Positions 1 through 9,696 are shown, counted from the stretch's first letter. The stretch: 64,000 nt of DNA from Candidatus Adlerbacteria bacterium (GCA_026397405.1 JAPLUW010000001.1:239825-303824), one strand, 5' to 3'. Program-made: numbers and translations. Notes: generated from the letters alone by a model not told the origin.

Positions 1-1
1 A

Positions 2-187
2 CCAAAACCAGAAGGAGGGATTCCTTCAACTGTAGTATTTATTGTAGGACTGTTAGCTGTTCTCGGGGCACTCTGGTGGGTGCAAGGCGGCCCAAACCGG
101 CCACAGCCAGGGGCAGACACTACAAACACACCACCATCCGACTACACTAATGTCGACGCAAACGCACAAGTAGACTCGCAGTACTAG
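2..187 (+). CDS. C-terminal fragment of a membrane protein; the ORF runs off the window start
   Basis: Frame 2 is open from the window edge to TAG at 184-186. It contains one hydrophobic helix (IPSTVVFIVGLLAVLGALWWV). Confidence 0.3.
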   Translation, partial: PKPEGGIPSTVVFIVGLLAVLGALWWVQGGPNRPQPGADTTNTPPSDYTNVDANAQVDSQY

Positions 188-188
188 T

Positions 189-590
189 ATGCTCAACCCT
201 TTCCCTCAACTACTGTTCCTTGGGTTTTTTGTACCTACATTGTTGCGCCTTGCTGTTGCTATTGCACTTGGCTACAGCGCGTACCAGATTTTGAAACATC
301 GGGACGTTATTTCAAACATGTCACTTCCCATACTCGGCAAGCCACATGTGGCACTCGTATGGGTTTCGACATCAGCCACAGCACTTGTCGCGGCTGCATT
401 ACTTTTTGGATACGGTACACAATATGCGGCAGTCCTTGGTGCTGTTATCTCACTCAAATATTCGTTCATCCCAAGTCGCTTGCACGCTTTGTCCCCTCTC
501 TCACGCTCTGCATACCTACTTATGTTTGTAATATCTCTTTCCCTTTTGATAAGTGGGGCTGGTGCGTTTGCGATGGACTTGCCGCTATAG
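189..590 (+). CDS. DoxX-family small integral membrane protein
   Basis: 133 aa with about 4 predicted TM helices. The N-terminal LLRLAVAIALGYSAYQILKH pattern is typical of DoxX. Confidence 0.5.
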   Translation: MLNPFPQLLFLGFFVPTLLRLAVAIALGYSAYQILKHRDVISNMSLPILGKPHVALVWVSTSATALVAAALLFGYGTQYAAVLGAVISLKYSFIPSRLHALSPLSRSAYLLMFVISLSLLISGAGAFAMDLPL

Positions 591-591
591 G

Positions 592-1140
592 ATGGCGGGT
601 ACAAAAAAGCTCCACCTCGAAAAGGTCCTCGGATCTCCTGCCCCCGGCAGGCCAGACCATTTTCTCACTGGCCTTTTTTGTACCCTAGTGCTTCACAACA
701 TCCGGAGCGTGCATAACGTTGGTTCTATATTTCGCACGGCGGATGCCGCCGGCGTTACAAAAATTATCTTGGTCGGATACACCCCTACTCCTCTCGACCG
801 TTTTGGCCGAGCGCGTAAAGACTTTGCAAAAGTGTCGCTTGGAGCAGAAAACACTGTAGTCTGGGAGCAGGTAGAGACATTTGCAGAGGCGGTAACAAAA
901 GTAAAAGAAGCAGGTTGTACAGTTGTTGCCCTAGAGCAAGACGCAGCCTCTGTCCCCCTGTTTGAATATAAAACACCCACAAAAAATATTGCTTTGGTAT
1001 TGGGGAGTGAAGTAGAGGGTATTTTAAAAAGCGAACTGGCTCTGTGCGATGCAGTGGTCGAGATCCCCATGCACGGTACAAAAGAGTCGTTAAATGTCTC
1101 TGTTGCTGCGGGTATTGCGCTGTTTTCACTACTAAAATAA
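592..1140 (+). CDS. SpoU/TrmH-family RNA 2'-O-methyltransferase
   Basis: SPOUT-fold motifs are present (LVLGSEVEGI...VEIPMHG...SLNVSVAAGIALF). The ORF-track start at 553 is probably extended; Met at 592 follows the upstream stop. Confidence 0.75.
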   Translation: MAGTKKLHLEKVLGSPAPGRPDHFLTGLFCTLVLHNIRSVHNVGSIFRTADAAGVTKIILVGYTPTPLDRFGRARKDFAKVSLGAENTVVWEQVETFAEAVTKVKEAGCTVVALEQDAASVPLFEYKTPTKNIALVLGSEVEGILKSELALCDAVVEIPMHGTKESLNVSVAAGIALFSLLK

Positions 1141-1282
1141 AAATACGCCGGAGAGGCCATCTCTAACTTAATAGAAGACGACCTCTCCGGCTTATGACAT
1201 CTTCGACATAGAAGAATTTGTTTATGTGTACACTTTTTGTAACTCTACAAGTATAGAAAAGTCACCGTGAAGAAACGTTGAA

Positions 1283-1313
1283 GGGCGGCGTTGGTTTTCA
1301 CCAAACGCCGCCC
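1283..1313. terminator. Stem-loop, probable terminator of the minus-strand small membrane gene
   Basis: GGGCGGCGTTGG-TTTTCA-CCAAACGCCGCCC forms a perfect 12-bp stem directly 3' of the minus-strand gene that ends at 1321. Confidence 0.45.
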
Positions 1314-1320
1314 TTGTGAA

Positions 1321-1518
1321 CTACTTGTGACTCCTCCTGAGGATAAAGCCCAAGGTCGCGAGAATCACCGCGACACAGAGGAAGGCAGTGCCTCCAACTG
1401 CCCCGAAGACAACCCCCACGAAGATCACGATGATCTTCGCTTGCCAGGGCAACCCGCCGAACCAGCGGATGAAGCCCTTCATCATGCTGAGGCAGAGTAA
1501 CTCAAAAGCCTTTTTCAT
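1321..1518 (-). CDS. small membrane protein (hypothetical)
   Basis: 65 aa with one long hydrophobic helix, followed by a stem-loop. Confidence 0.45.
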   Translation of the reverse strand: MKKAFELLCLSMMKGFIRWFGGLPWQAKIIVIFVGVVFGAVGGTAFLCVAVILATLGFILRRSHK

Positions 1519-1639
1519 CTTTTTTCCCCAAGAAAATATATGGTGTACGTTCTCTTATATTATATACTATTTGGGAGTGTTTGTCAAGGGATTAAAAAGG
1601 TTGAGAAATAAAGAGACTTTATGCTACAGTGCGTGCAAT

Positions 1640-1712
1640 GCGCCCATAGCTCAGTTGGTAGAGCGGCTCCCTTTTAAGGAGATGGTCCTTGGTTCGAATC
1701 CAAGTGGGCGCA
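1640..1712 (+). tRNA. tRNA-Lys (anticodon UUU)
   Basis: Cloverleaf by hand: acceptor GCGCCCA/TGGGCGC, D-arm GCTC..GAGC, anticodon loop CTTTTAA, T-arm CCTTG-GTTCGAATC-CAAGG, discriminator A. No CCA is encoded. Confidence 0.9.
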
Positions 1713-1713
1713 C

Positions 1714-1757
1714 AAAAGACAGAAACACCTCCCCTACGGGAGGTTTTTCTGTCTTTT
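1714..1757. terminator. Bidirectional rho-independent terminator after tRNA-Lys
   Basis: AAAAGACAGAAACACCTCCC-CTAC-GGGAGGTTTTTCTGTCTTTT is a stem of about 16 bp with one mismatch. It is flanked by an A-run and a T-run. Confidence 0.6.
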
Positions 1758-1853
1758 GTGCGAGGCAGAGCGTTGCTGTGCAATTGCACAGCCGCGAGCT
1801 GGGGTCGAGAAAATTCTGAGCGACGGCGAAGAATTATTCGTGACCACAAAAAT

Positions 1854-2417
1854 CTATAGCGTGAGCACAAACTGCTCGAGCAGCAGTTCCAAGTCCCCTG
1901 CTCCGCGGTGCGAGTCGTGGTACAAAGTTACGATTTCGCGAGAAAGCGCCGCATCTTTCATGTTCCGCGCTTTCCATGCCAAGAGGCCGGCAATTGCTTC
2001 GGGTTTTTCTCCGGCGCGGAGCGACTTTGCAACGCCGAGCCATAACTTTTTTTTATCGCGGTTCCCGAGCGCTGCAGCAACTCCAAACTGGTCAAACTTC
2101 CATTCAGCTGCTTTCTTTTTTTCTTGGACTTCGGCTTTCACTCCAGCTTTTGCCAGTGCATCGCTTGGTTTTTTAAGCAGTTTCTCTTCTTCAAAAATAA
2201 ATGTATGTGGCGAAAGGACAAGACCCTTTGCGAGCGAAATAAATTCATCTCCCCGCTCGCCACTAAGCGCGCCGGTTAGTACGAATGTTTGCGTGTCACC
2301 AAGGAGTGACGCAGTCGAGGCAAGCGTGCCAAGCTCCTCTGCAGTTATGTCTTCCCACCGCAGCTCTTCTGCACCCACCCCTACTCCAGCACTTTTCCCT
2401 ACAACAACGCGCATCAT
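1854..2417 (-). CDS. hypothetical protein, operonic with polA; possibly a DNA polymerase III delta-like helical domain
   Basis: 187 aa, stop/start overlap with polA. No diagnostic motif was recognised; the HolA-like call rests on weak resemblance only. Confidence 0.4.
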   Translation of the reverse strand: MMRVVVGKSAGVGVGAEELRWEDITAEELGTLASTASLLGDTQTFVLTGALSGERGDEFISLAKGLVLSPHTFIFEEEKLLKKPSDALAKAGVKAEVQEKKKAAEWKFDQFGVAAALGNRDKKKLWLGVAKSLRAGEKPEAIAGLLAWKARNMKDAALSREIVTLYHDSHRGAGDLELLLEQFVLTL

Positions 2418-4873
2418 ATTTTTAATTCCTTCATCTCGCCCCAGTTAGTTCCCACCTTACCTTCCGCAGTAAACGGGATGCCGTGCGCGTCTTTCGCGTC
2501 TACCACCTGCTCCATTAGTTTCTTTATATGTGCGGCGGCACCTTGTACAGCGTCTTTTTTAATTTCAAACACCAACTCGTCATGCACCTGCAACAACATA
2601 TGTACGCCTTCTGCTGTTTTCCCCTCGGCGAGCCATTGCCCTATATGGACCATTGCAAGCTTGAGCATGTCGGCCGCACTACCCTGGAACGGTGCATTTA
2701 CCGCAGCACGCTCCGCTGCAGCACGCACAAAAGGAATAGACGATTTAATTCCTTCCACGTAGCGTTTGCGACCAAAAAAAGTTTCGGTGTAGCCCACTCG
2801 TGTGGCATCTCCTTTTATTTCATCTAAGTAGGCGGCCAAACGTGGGAACGCTTCAAAGTATTGGTTATAAAATTCCTGCGCTTCGCTACGTGTCGTACCC
2901 AAAGACTCGCGCAGCGCATTTACACCCATACCGTAGAGGATGCCGAAGTTAATAACCTTCGCACGGCGACGCTGCTCGTATGAAACATCTTCCGGCTGCA
3001 CGTGGAACACGCGTGTCGCAACTTCTGTATGGACATCGCGACCATTTTTAAAAATATCTATAAGCGACTCGTCTTTTGAAAGGAGCGCCGCAATGCGCAG
3101 TTCAATTTGCGAATAGTCGAACGACACCAACTCCATCCCCTCGCTTGCAACAAACGCGTGGCGTATTGCCCGGCCAAGTTCTGTTTTAATAGGAATGTTT
3201 TGGAGGTTCGGGTTTTTAGACGCCATGCGCCCGGTTGATGCACCAATTTGTACATACGACGTATGCAAACGGTCGCCACTGTCGAGCAGTTGCGGAATGG
3301 TGTCTATGTAGGTCGAAAGCAGTTTTTGCAATTCGCGATGATGCAAAATGTCGCCGACAATCGGGTGCAGGTCGCGCATTTTCTCCAACTCCGACTCACG
3401 TGTGGAACGCTGTCCCCCTGCTGTCTTTTTTTGGTTTTTTACCGCAAGCCCAAGCGTGTCAAACAATATGTCGCCCAACTGTTTGGGCGAATTGATATTA
3501 AACTCCTGCCCTGCTGCTGCGAAAATGCGCTTTGCAATTAAGTTAAGTTCGGTGTGATATTTCTTTGAAAGATCTTGTAGAAACTTCCTGTCTACCAACA
3601 CGCCGCGCGCTTCCATCGTGCGTAGCACGGGCGAAAGCGGGAGTTCCATTTTTTCGTATATAAACTCTAACTTTTCTTTTTTGATTTCTGCCAAAATATT
3701 GGCTCCGGCTTCAGCAAATTTCTCTGCCCGTCCCACACGATACATGTCGTCTAAAGTTGGCTCTGTAATTGTTGGGTCAAGTACCGACACTGCCAATGCT
3801 ATTTTTGCAAATTCATCTTTTGGCACATCTTCGACAGGAGCCATATCTGCAAACATATCAACCTGCCCAGAAACGGAGAGTAAATTGTCCTGAGAAAAAG
3901 TCTGGCCGTGCGTAGCAAGGAGATCCGAGGACTTTTTCGAAGGAGCTATTTGCTCGGAGCCCCCAGCATTAAATAGCTTATTCACTCGCGGCAACAACGA
4001 GCGGAAATCAAACTCTGCAAACATTGCCAGTACTTTTTCGCGTGAGATACTCTCCTGCCATTCGTGTTCGGGCATTACAAAATTGATAGGCGCATCGAGG
4101 CGAATTTGCGCCAACCCTTTTGAAAATAGCGCGTCTTCCTCCCCTCCCTTCAACTTCTCCATCATGCCATCTTTTATCCCCGCTTCTACCAGTTTCTCTG
4201 GATTCTTTTTTAGCGTCTTATATATGTTCTCGACACTACCAAATTGCGAAATTAAAATGCCTGCAGTTTTTTCGCCAATGCCTTTAACACCTGGAATGTT
4301 GTCCGACGGGTCGCCACGCAAACCTTTGTAGTCAGGGATTAATTCCGGCCCAAATTGGAACCTCTCAAACACTGCTGCTTCGTTATACAAAATTGTATCG
4401 GCTATGCCCTTTTTAAACGTAAACACACGCACGCGGTCGTCATCAACTAATTGCAGCATGTCCATGTCACCCGAGGCAATAACCAGGTCGACCTTGGTCT
4501 TTTTCATCTCTTCTGCAACCGTACCTATAACATCATCGGCTTCGAAGCCTTCACACTCATACAAAGGGATCCCAAAAGCCGCCAACACATCGCGGCTACG
4601 TATTATTTGCGCTACCAGCGCGTCGTCGGTTTCTTTCCGCTGTGCTTTATATTTTTCATACGCCAAGTGGCGGTGTGTGGGGCCCGGCAGGTCGAAGGCT
4701 GCAACGACATAGTCGGGCTTTAAATCTGTAGCAATTTTTAAGAGCATCGACACCAACCCATACAGAGCGCCTGTAGGCTCGCCTTTTTTGGATACAAAGT
4801 CGGGCAGCGCGTGGTACCCGCGATGCAAGATCGCATGGGTGTCGAGTATAACAAGCCGCTTTTTTTCCTTCAT
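2414..4873 (-). CDS. polA: DNA polymerase I
   Basis: 5'-nuclease N-domain and polymerase motifs A (DYSQIELR), B (RRRAKVINFGILYGMG) and C (QVHDELVFE) are present. At 819 aa the 3'-5' exonuclease domain is probably reduced. Confidence 0.95.
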   Translation of the reverse strand: MKEKKRLVILDTHAILHRGYHALPDFVSKKGEPTGALYGLVSMLLKIATDLKPDYVVAAFDLPGPTHRHLAYEKYKAQRKETDDALVAQIIRSRDVLAAFGIPLYECEGFEADDVIGTVAEEMKKTKVDLVIASGDMDMLQLVDDDRVRVFTFKKGIADTILYNEAAVFERFQFGPELIPDYKGLRGDPSDNIPGVKGIGEKTAGILISQFGSVENIYKTLKKNPEKLVEAGIKDGMMEKLKGGEEDALFSKGLAQIRLDAPINFVMPEHEWQESISREKVLAMFAEFDFRSLLPRVNKLFNAGGSEQIAPSKKSSDLLATHGQTFSQDNLLSVSGQVDMFADMAPVEDVPKDEFAKIALAVSVLDPTITEPTLDDMYRVGRAEKFAEAGANILAEIKKEKLEFIYEKMELPLSPVLRTMEARGVLVDRKFLQDLSKKYHTELNLIAKRIFAAAGQEFNINSPKQLGDILFDTLGLAVKNQKKTAGGQRSTRESELEKMRDLHPIVGDILHHRELQKLLSTYIDTIPQLLDSGDRLHTSYVQIGASTGRMASKNPNLQNIPIKTELGRAIRHAFVASEGMELVSFDYSQIELRIAALLSKDESLIDIFKNGRDVHTEVATRVFHVQPEDVSYEQRRRAKVINFGILYGMGVNALRESLGTTRSEAQEFYNQYFEAFPRLAAYLDEIKGDATRVGYTETFFGRKRYVEGIKSSIPFVRAAAERAAVNAPFQGSAADMLKLAMVHIGQWLAEGKTAEGVHMLLQVHDELVFEIKKDAVQGAAAHIKKLMEQVVDAKDAHGIPFTAEGKVGTNWGEMKELKI

Positions 4874-5301
4874 GCTACTTCAATATACCGCTCTTCCTCA
4901 CTTGCGCCATCAGCGGAAAAATTTAACACAATGTCGGGCATGGGGAGCTGCCCTTCGACACGCTCGGGCCATTCAATAACGACCAGTGCTTCTTTGTCGG
5001 AAAGAAACTGCTCGGGCAGGAGTGCACTAAATTGCTCGGGCGCATCCAGCCGGTATGCGTCTATGTGCACTAATTTTTTAAAACGACCGAATGAGATTGG
5101 ATACGACTTCATTAACACATACGTTGGGCTCTGCACTACTTCCACGACGCCTACTGCACAAGCAAGTTCTTGCGTAAATGTTGTCTTGCCTGCACCCAAG
5201 TTCCCGCGCAGTGCAATAACAGCCGCACGCTCCCCCACCACGGGGATGCGTTGCAACACTTCCTGCACAAAGTTGGGCAATTCTTCTTTCTGTACTTTCA
5301 T
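4870..5301 (-). CDS. tsaE: tRNA threonylcarbamoyladenosine biosynthesis ATPase TsaE
   Basis: P-loop GNLGAGKTTFTQ and a size of 143 aa fit the YjeE/TsaE family. Confidence 0.9.
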   Translation of the reverse strand: MKVQKEELPNFVQEVLQRIPVVGERAAVIALRGNLGAGKTTFTQELACAVGVVEVVQSPTYVLMKSYPISFGRFKKLVHIDAYRLDAPEQFSALLPEQFLSDKEALVVIEWPERVEGQLPMPDIVLNFSADGASEEERYIEVA

Positions 5302-5334
5302 ACGGGCAGTCTAGCAAATTTCTAGAGAAATGCG

Positions 5335-7035
5335 TTGTATGATGTATATATGACTGTAGTCTTTGGAGATGATGAACAAGAAAAGCACGTCGACTTCCTC
5401 AAACGCCGCGAGGAAGAAGAGTTGTCGCAAATGTTGTCACACAAATATGGCGTCGACTATATCGACCTTTCACTTGTTGCAGTTAACAGCGATGCACTGC
5501 GCCTAATACCCGACGCTGTAGCGCGCGCTGCAGAAATGGCAGCGTTCGGGCTTGTCGGCAAGCGCATAAGTCTTGCCGTGCGCGCCCCGCTTAACCCAAA
5601 AGTGCAGGAAGAAGTTAAGCGGCTTACAGAAGCTGGTTACACACCAGTACTTTTTATGGCATCGAAGGAAAGTTTAAAGCGTGCTTACGACCACTACTCG
5701 GAACTCTCCTACGCAACCGAGTCAAAAGCTGGTGTGTTTAATCTTTCCAATACTGAACTTGAAGAAATTCTTGTAAAAGTAAAAAGCCTCGCAGACATCG
5801 GTGCACTTATAGACGAAGCAGTTAAGTCCATGAAGCACACATACCGCATTACCCGCATATTGGAAGTTATTTTGGCAGGAGGCCTTTCAACTGGTGCGTC
5901 CGACATCCACTTTGAGCCAGAAGAAGCTGCTGTGCGCTTGCGCTACCGCCTAGACGGTGTGCTTATCGACGTACTGACGTTTGACCACGAAACATATCGC
6001 TTGGTGTTGTCTCGCCTCAAACTCCTTTCGGGTTTGAAATTAAATATTGTTGCCGACGCGCAAGACGGGCGTTTTAGTATCAAAGTAAAAGGCGACGAAA
6101 TAGAATTGCGCACCTCTATTTTGCCTGGCAACTATGCCGAGACGATGGTCTTGCGTATTTTGAACCCAAAGTCTATTGCCGTACCCCTGGAAGAACTCGG
6201 TATCGAACCAAAGCTGCTCGAGAAAATTGCAAAAGAAATTGCAAAACCAAACGGTATGATTTTGACAACCGGCCCCACCGGTAGCGGTAAGACAACAACG
6301 CTCTACGCGTTTATGCGTAAGGTCAACAGCACCGAAACAAAAATAATTACTATTGAAGACCCAGTCGAATATCACCTAAACGGCATCGTGCAAACGCAGG
6401 TCGACAAAAAAAACTACACCTTTGCTGCGGGTTTGCGTTCTGCTTTGCGGCAGGACCCTGACATTATTATGGTCGGCGAAATCCGCGACGCTGAAGTGGC
6501 AGAAGTTGCGATTAACGCAGCGCTCACGGGCCACTTGGTGTTTTCAACTCTGCACACCAACGACGCAGCGGGTTCGTTCCCCCGCCTTATAGACCTCGGC
6601 GTCAGCGAAAAAGTCTTGAGCTCTGCGGTGAGTGTTGCGATGGCACAGCGCTTGTTGCGCAAACTCTGTACTGCGTGCAAAACAACCCGCCCAGCAAATA
6701 CTGAAGAGGCCGCGACGTTAAAAAAATATCTAGATAGTATTGTCGACAAGTCACTGGTGCCCGAAAATACGTCGCAAATATCTGTGGCAAACGAAGCAGG
6801 GTGCGAACAATGTCACGGCCGTGGATACAAAGGCCGCATTGGCATTTATGAAGCTATTTTTATGGACCGCGCTGTTGAAGAAATTTTACGCAGTAAACCG
6901 AGTGAGCGCGAGATAGCAACCACCTCTCGCTCGCAAGGTGTCCCAACAATGCAAGAAGACGGTATTTTAAAATGTTTGCGTGGTATCACTAGTTTGGAAG
7001 AGCTGCGACGCGTCGTTGATTTGGACGCTGTATAA
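5335..7035 (+). CDS. GspE/PilB-family secretion/type IV pilus assembly ATPase
   Basis: Walker A GPTGSGKTTT, Walker B IMVGEIRD, a tetracysteine CTAC...CEQCHG and an N-terminal GspII_E_N-like domain are all present. Confidence 0.9.
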   Translation: MYDVYMTVVFGDDEQEKHVDFLKRREEEELSQMLSHKYGVDYIDLSLVAVNSDALRLIPDAVARAAEMAAFGLVGKRISLAVRAPLNPKVQEEVKRLTEAGYTPVLFMASKESLKRAYDHYSELSYATESKAGVFNLSNTELEEILVKVKSLADIGALIDEAVKSMKHTYRITRILEVILAGGLSTGASDIHFEPEEAAVRLRYRLDGVLIDVLTFDHETYRLVLSRLKLLSGLKLNIVADAQDGRFSIKVKGDEIELRTSILPGNYAETMVLRILNPKSIAVPLEELGIEPKLLEKIAKEIAKPNGMILTTGPTGSGKTTTLYAFMRKVNSTETKIITIEDPVEYHLNGIVQTQVDKKNYTFAAGLRSALRQDPDIIMVGEIRDAEVAEVAINAALTGHLVFSTLHTNDAAGSFPRLIDLGVSEKVLSSAVSVAMAQRLLRKLCTACKTTRPANTEEAATLKKYLDSIVDKSLVPENTSQISVANEAGCEQCHGRGYKGRIGIYEAIFMDRAVEEILRSKPSEREIATTSRSQGVPTMQEDGILKCLRGITSLEELRRVVDLDAV

Positions 7036-7374
7036 AAAGCACAAAAAACCGCACGGTCAACGTTGCGGGAACTCGGGGTAGGAGTACAGTAGAGACAGGC
7101 CCGCCTGCCGGCGGGCAGGTTCTCGAAGTGTGTCGAGAGCGCGTACCTCTAAGCAATAATCTTTTTTGACCAGCAAAAAAGCGGAGGACCAGTTCTGAGG
7201 ATAATCCCCGCATTCCACCGTTAAGTGGGTGCCGAAACGTCCTTGTAATGGCTCCAAAACCCTTGCAGGCTCATTGCTTAGAGATATGCACGCTCGAAAG
7301 TCGTTTTCCGAATGAGGTAATAAAAAACTCGCGCCATGCGAGATCTGAAACAAGGTTAGCATAGTATCGATTTT

Positions 7375-8397
7375 ATGTCAAGTACCTCTGAGGAAGAAAA
7401 ATTTATACCAAGGAACGATACCTTTCTTGACCAAACCTTGCGGCCATCGTCGTTTGACGAATATATTGGGCAAGACACTGTTAAAAGCAATTTACATATT
7501 TTACTTTCTGCAGCAAAAGAGCGCGGCAACCCTCCCGAACACATTCTTTTTTATGGGCCGCCGGGTTTAGGTAAAACAACACTCGCCCACTTAATTGCAA
7601 AAGAACTGGGCGGCAACTTACGCTCTACGTCCGGCCCCGCAATTGAACGTGTCGGCGACTTGGCCGCATTGCTCACTAACCTTGTCCCTGGCGACGTGCT
7701 GTTTATCGACGAAATCCATCGTCTCTCGCGCACTATCGAGGAAGTACTCTACCCTGCTATGGAGTCGGGTGCACTTAATATAATCATCGGCAAAGGCCCC
7801 TCTGCTCGTACGCTTGAGTTGCCGCTACCGCCGTTTACACTTATCGCTGCCACAACCCGCGTTGCCGACCTTTCGGCCCCACTGCGTTCGCGTTTTTCTG
7901 GGGGCGTATTTCGACTCGAATTTTATTCGGAAGACAATATTGCCGACATCGTACGGCGCTCGGCGGGCATTTTAGGTGTTGATATTGAAGAAGGGGGCGT
8001 GCGTGAAATCGCCAAACGCAGCCGCGCGACACCACGCACTGCAAACTACCTGCTTAAACGCGCGCGCGACTTTGCACAACTTAAACGCCTTCCCCTTTCA
8101 GAAACCATAGTTGCCGACGCGCTAGGTCTTTTGGAAGTAGACGCGCTAGGTCTCACACCTATAGACCGCAAACTTCTTATTGCATTAATTGAGCGTTTTA
8201 ACGGCGGCCCTGCAGGCGTTGCAGCACTTGGCGCGGCGCTGTCAGAAGAGCCTACGACAATTTCTGAAGTACACGAACCGTTTCTTTTACAACTTGGGCT
8301 TATTGAACGCACACCACGCGGCCGCGTTGCAACTGCCGCTGCCTATGCACACGTGGGCCGTACACCACCTGCAAACTTGAACGAGAAATTATTGTAA
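7375..8397 (+). CDS. ruvB: Holliday junction branch migration helicase RuvB
   Basis: [11 protein letters not shown] and [15 protein letters not shown] match RuvB. The C-terminal winged-helix region also matches. Confidence 0.95.
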   Translation: MSSTSEEEKFIPRNDTFLDQTLRPSSFDEYIGQDTVKSNLHILLSAAKERGNPPEHILFYGPPGLGKTTLAHLIAKELGGNLRSTSGPAIERVGDLAALLTNLVPGDVLFIDEIHRLSRTIEEVLYPAMESGALNIIIGKGPSARTLELPLPPFTLIAATTRVADLSAPLRSRFSGGVFRLEFYSEDNIADIVRRSAGILGVDIEEGGVREIAKRSRATPRTANYLLKRARDFAQLKRLPLSETIVADALGLLEVDALGLTPIDRKLLIALIERFNGGPAGVAALGAALSEEPTTISEVHEPFLLQLGLIERTPRGRVATAAAYAHVGRTPPANLNEKLL

Positions 8398-8409
8398 TAT
8401 TGTCTGCAT

Positions 8410-8934
8410 ATGTCAGGACACAGCAAGTGGGCGAAATTAAAACACACCAAAGGAAAAACCGATACACAAAAATCGAAGCTTTTTAGTAAGTTGGTTAAAA
8501 TTATTGGAGGCGAACTTAAAAAAGCGAAAGGCGACAAAACAGCTCCAGGTGTACGCCAAGCAGTCGAAAAAGCAAAAGCTGCAAACATGCCTGCGAACAA
8601 CATCGAGCGCGCACTAAGTAAATCGGACGGAAAAGAACTTGAACAGGTTGTATACGAAGCCTATGGTCCAGGCGGCTGTGCACTTATTATCGAAGGCTAC
8701 ACTGACTCGCGTAACCGCACCTCGCAGGAATTGAAACATCTCCTGAGCCTGCATGGCGGAAGTATCGCGACACCCGGTGCCGCACTATGGGCTTTCCAAA
8801 AAAATGCTGCGGGCAACCTTGAACCTCTTTCTGCTATCGAACTTTCGGACGAGGACTCACAAAAAATGGCCGACCTCTCCGACGCACTTGAAGAACACGA
8901 CGACGTGAGTGAGGTTTACTCAAATGCAGCCTAA
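8410..8934 (+). CDS. YebC/PmpR-family transcriptional regulator, shortened form
   Basis: The N-terminus MSGHSKWAKLKH and the C-terminus LEEHDDVSEVYSNAA match YebC. It is only 174 aa against about 245 aa for typical YebC. Confidence 0.75.
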   Translation: MSGHSKWAKLKHTKGKTDTQKSKLFSKLVKIIGGELKKAKGDKTAPGVRQAVEKAKAANMPANNIERALSKSDGKELEQVVYEAYGPGGCALIIEGYTDSRNRTSQELKHLLSLHGGSIATPGAALWAFQKNAAGNLEPLSAIELSDEDSQKMADLSDALEEHDDVSEVYSNAA

Positions 8935-9418
8935 TAAAAATCGAGTGCTTGCGTTTGACCCCGGCTTTGAGAGGCTCGGGGTTGCCGTAGTTGAAAAAGT
9001 CCAAGGTAAAGAACAGCTGATACATTCCGACTGCATACGTACCTCTGCTTCCCTGCCGTTTGCAGAACGTCTATTGATACTAGGCCGCGCAGTAGAAGAA
9101 CTCATCGCACAGTGGGGTCCGAGTTGCGCCGCACTTGAGAATGTTTTTTTTGAAAAGAACGCAAAAACCGCGATGGACGTTGCGGCTGTGCGCGGCATGC
9201 TGCTCTACCTTGCTGCCGAGGCCGGGCTTGTGGTGTACGAATACACGCCACTACAAGTAAAGGTTGCAATTACCGGCTACGGCCAGAGCAACAAGTCGGC
9301 TGTGGGCATGATGGTGCCACGACTTGTATCGATCCCTGCCAAAAAACGTCTTGACGACGAAATAGACGCAATTGCCGTAGGTCTTACGTGTTTGGCGTCT
9401 GTCCGGAGTACCCTGTAG
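8924..9418 (+). CDS. ruvC: crossover junction endodeoxyribonuclease RuvC
   Basis: RVLAFDPGFERLGVAVVE matches the RuvC N-terminal catalytic Asp region. The start was chosen at the internal Met of the ORF-track ORF 8909..9418. Confidence 0.8.
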   Translation: MQPNKNRVLAFDPGFERLGVAVVEKVQGKEQLIHSDCIRTSASLPFAERLLILGRAVEELIAQWGPSCAALENVFFEKNAKTAMDVAAVRGMLLYLAAEAGLVVYEYTPLQVKVAITGYGQSNKSAVGMMVPRLVSIPAKKRLDDEIDAIAVGLTCLASVRSTL

Positions 9419-9520
9419 CTGTTTATCCACAGAGTTTTTTTAGTGGACTTGCAAAGAATACTGGTTTTGGTACAACTCTAGGATATTGCTGTGTAAATTA
9501 TTAAGTTAGCAACGCATATA

Positions 9521-9667
9521 TGCCAGAAGAATTTAAGTTAGATGAGTTTTTGCTCGATGGAGATGAGGAAGAAGTAGATACTGACGACTCCGAACTCGAT
9601 GACGATGGAGAAAAGGAAGATGACGTAGATCCTACTGACCCTAATGGGCTTAGAGACCCCGAATAAT
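9521..9667 (+). CDS. possible 48-aa highly acidic peptide (low confidence)
   Basis: ATG...TAA ORF MPEEFKLDEFLLDGDEEEVDTDDSELDDDGEKEDDVDPTDPNGLRDPE. It ends right at a strong terminator and I see no convincing RBS. Confidence 0.25.
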
Positions 9668-9696
9668 AAAAAAACCGCCACATGGCGGTTTTTTTA
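9668..9696. terminator. Bidirectional rho-independent terminator (tyrS 3' end)
   Basis: AAAAAAACCGCC-ACAT-GGCGGTTTTTTT. Confidence 0.7.

Noticed and set aside
1388-2448. ORF-track ORFs 1388..1819 (+) and 1756..2448 (+) overlapping tRNA-Lys and antisense to the polA-operon gene
   Set aside because: They span a tRNA and a terminator and lie antisense to a gene in operonic context. No RBS is evident. Likely spurious.
2478-4873. Numerous 60-170-aa ORFs in other frames inside polA, pilB, PBP, pnp, uvrD, comM and others
   Set aside because: They are embedded in long well-supported genes and have low-complexity or Cys/Ser-rich translations typical of out-of-frame reads.
5301-5335. Short palindrome TCTAG-N7-CTAGA between tsaE and the pilB start
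   Set aside because: Only 5-bp arms in a 33-bp spacer. Too weak to call.
7057-7362. 101-aa minus-strand ORF filling the pilB-ruvB spacer
   Set aside because: No RBS or start context and a GC-hairpin-derived composition. More likely non-coding structured sequence.
7036-7374. tmRNA, SRP RNA, RNase P RNA or 6S RNA in the pilB-ruvB spacer
   Set aside because: I could not find the tRNA-like T-arm GGTTCGA, the SRP GGAA tetraloop context or RNase P P4 motifs. It is left as an unclassified structured region.
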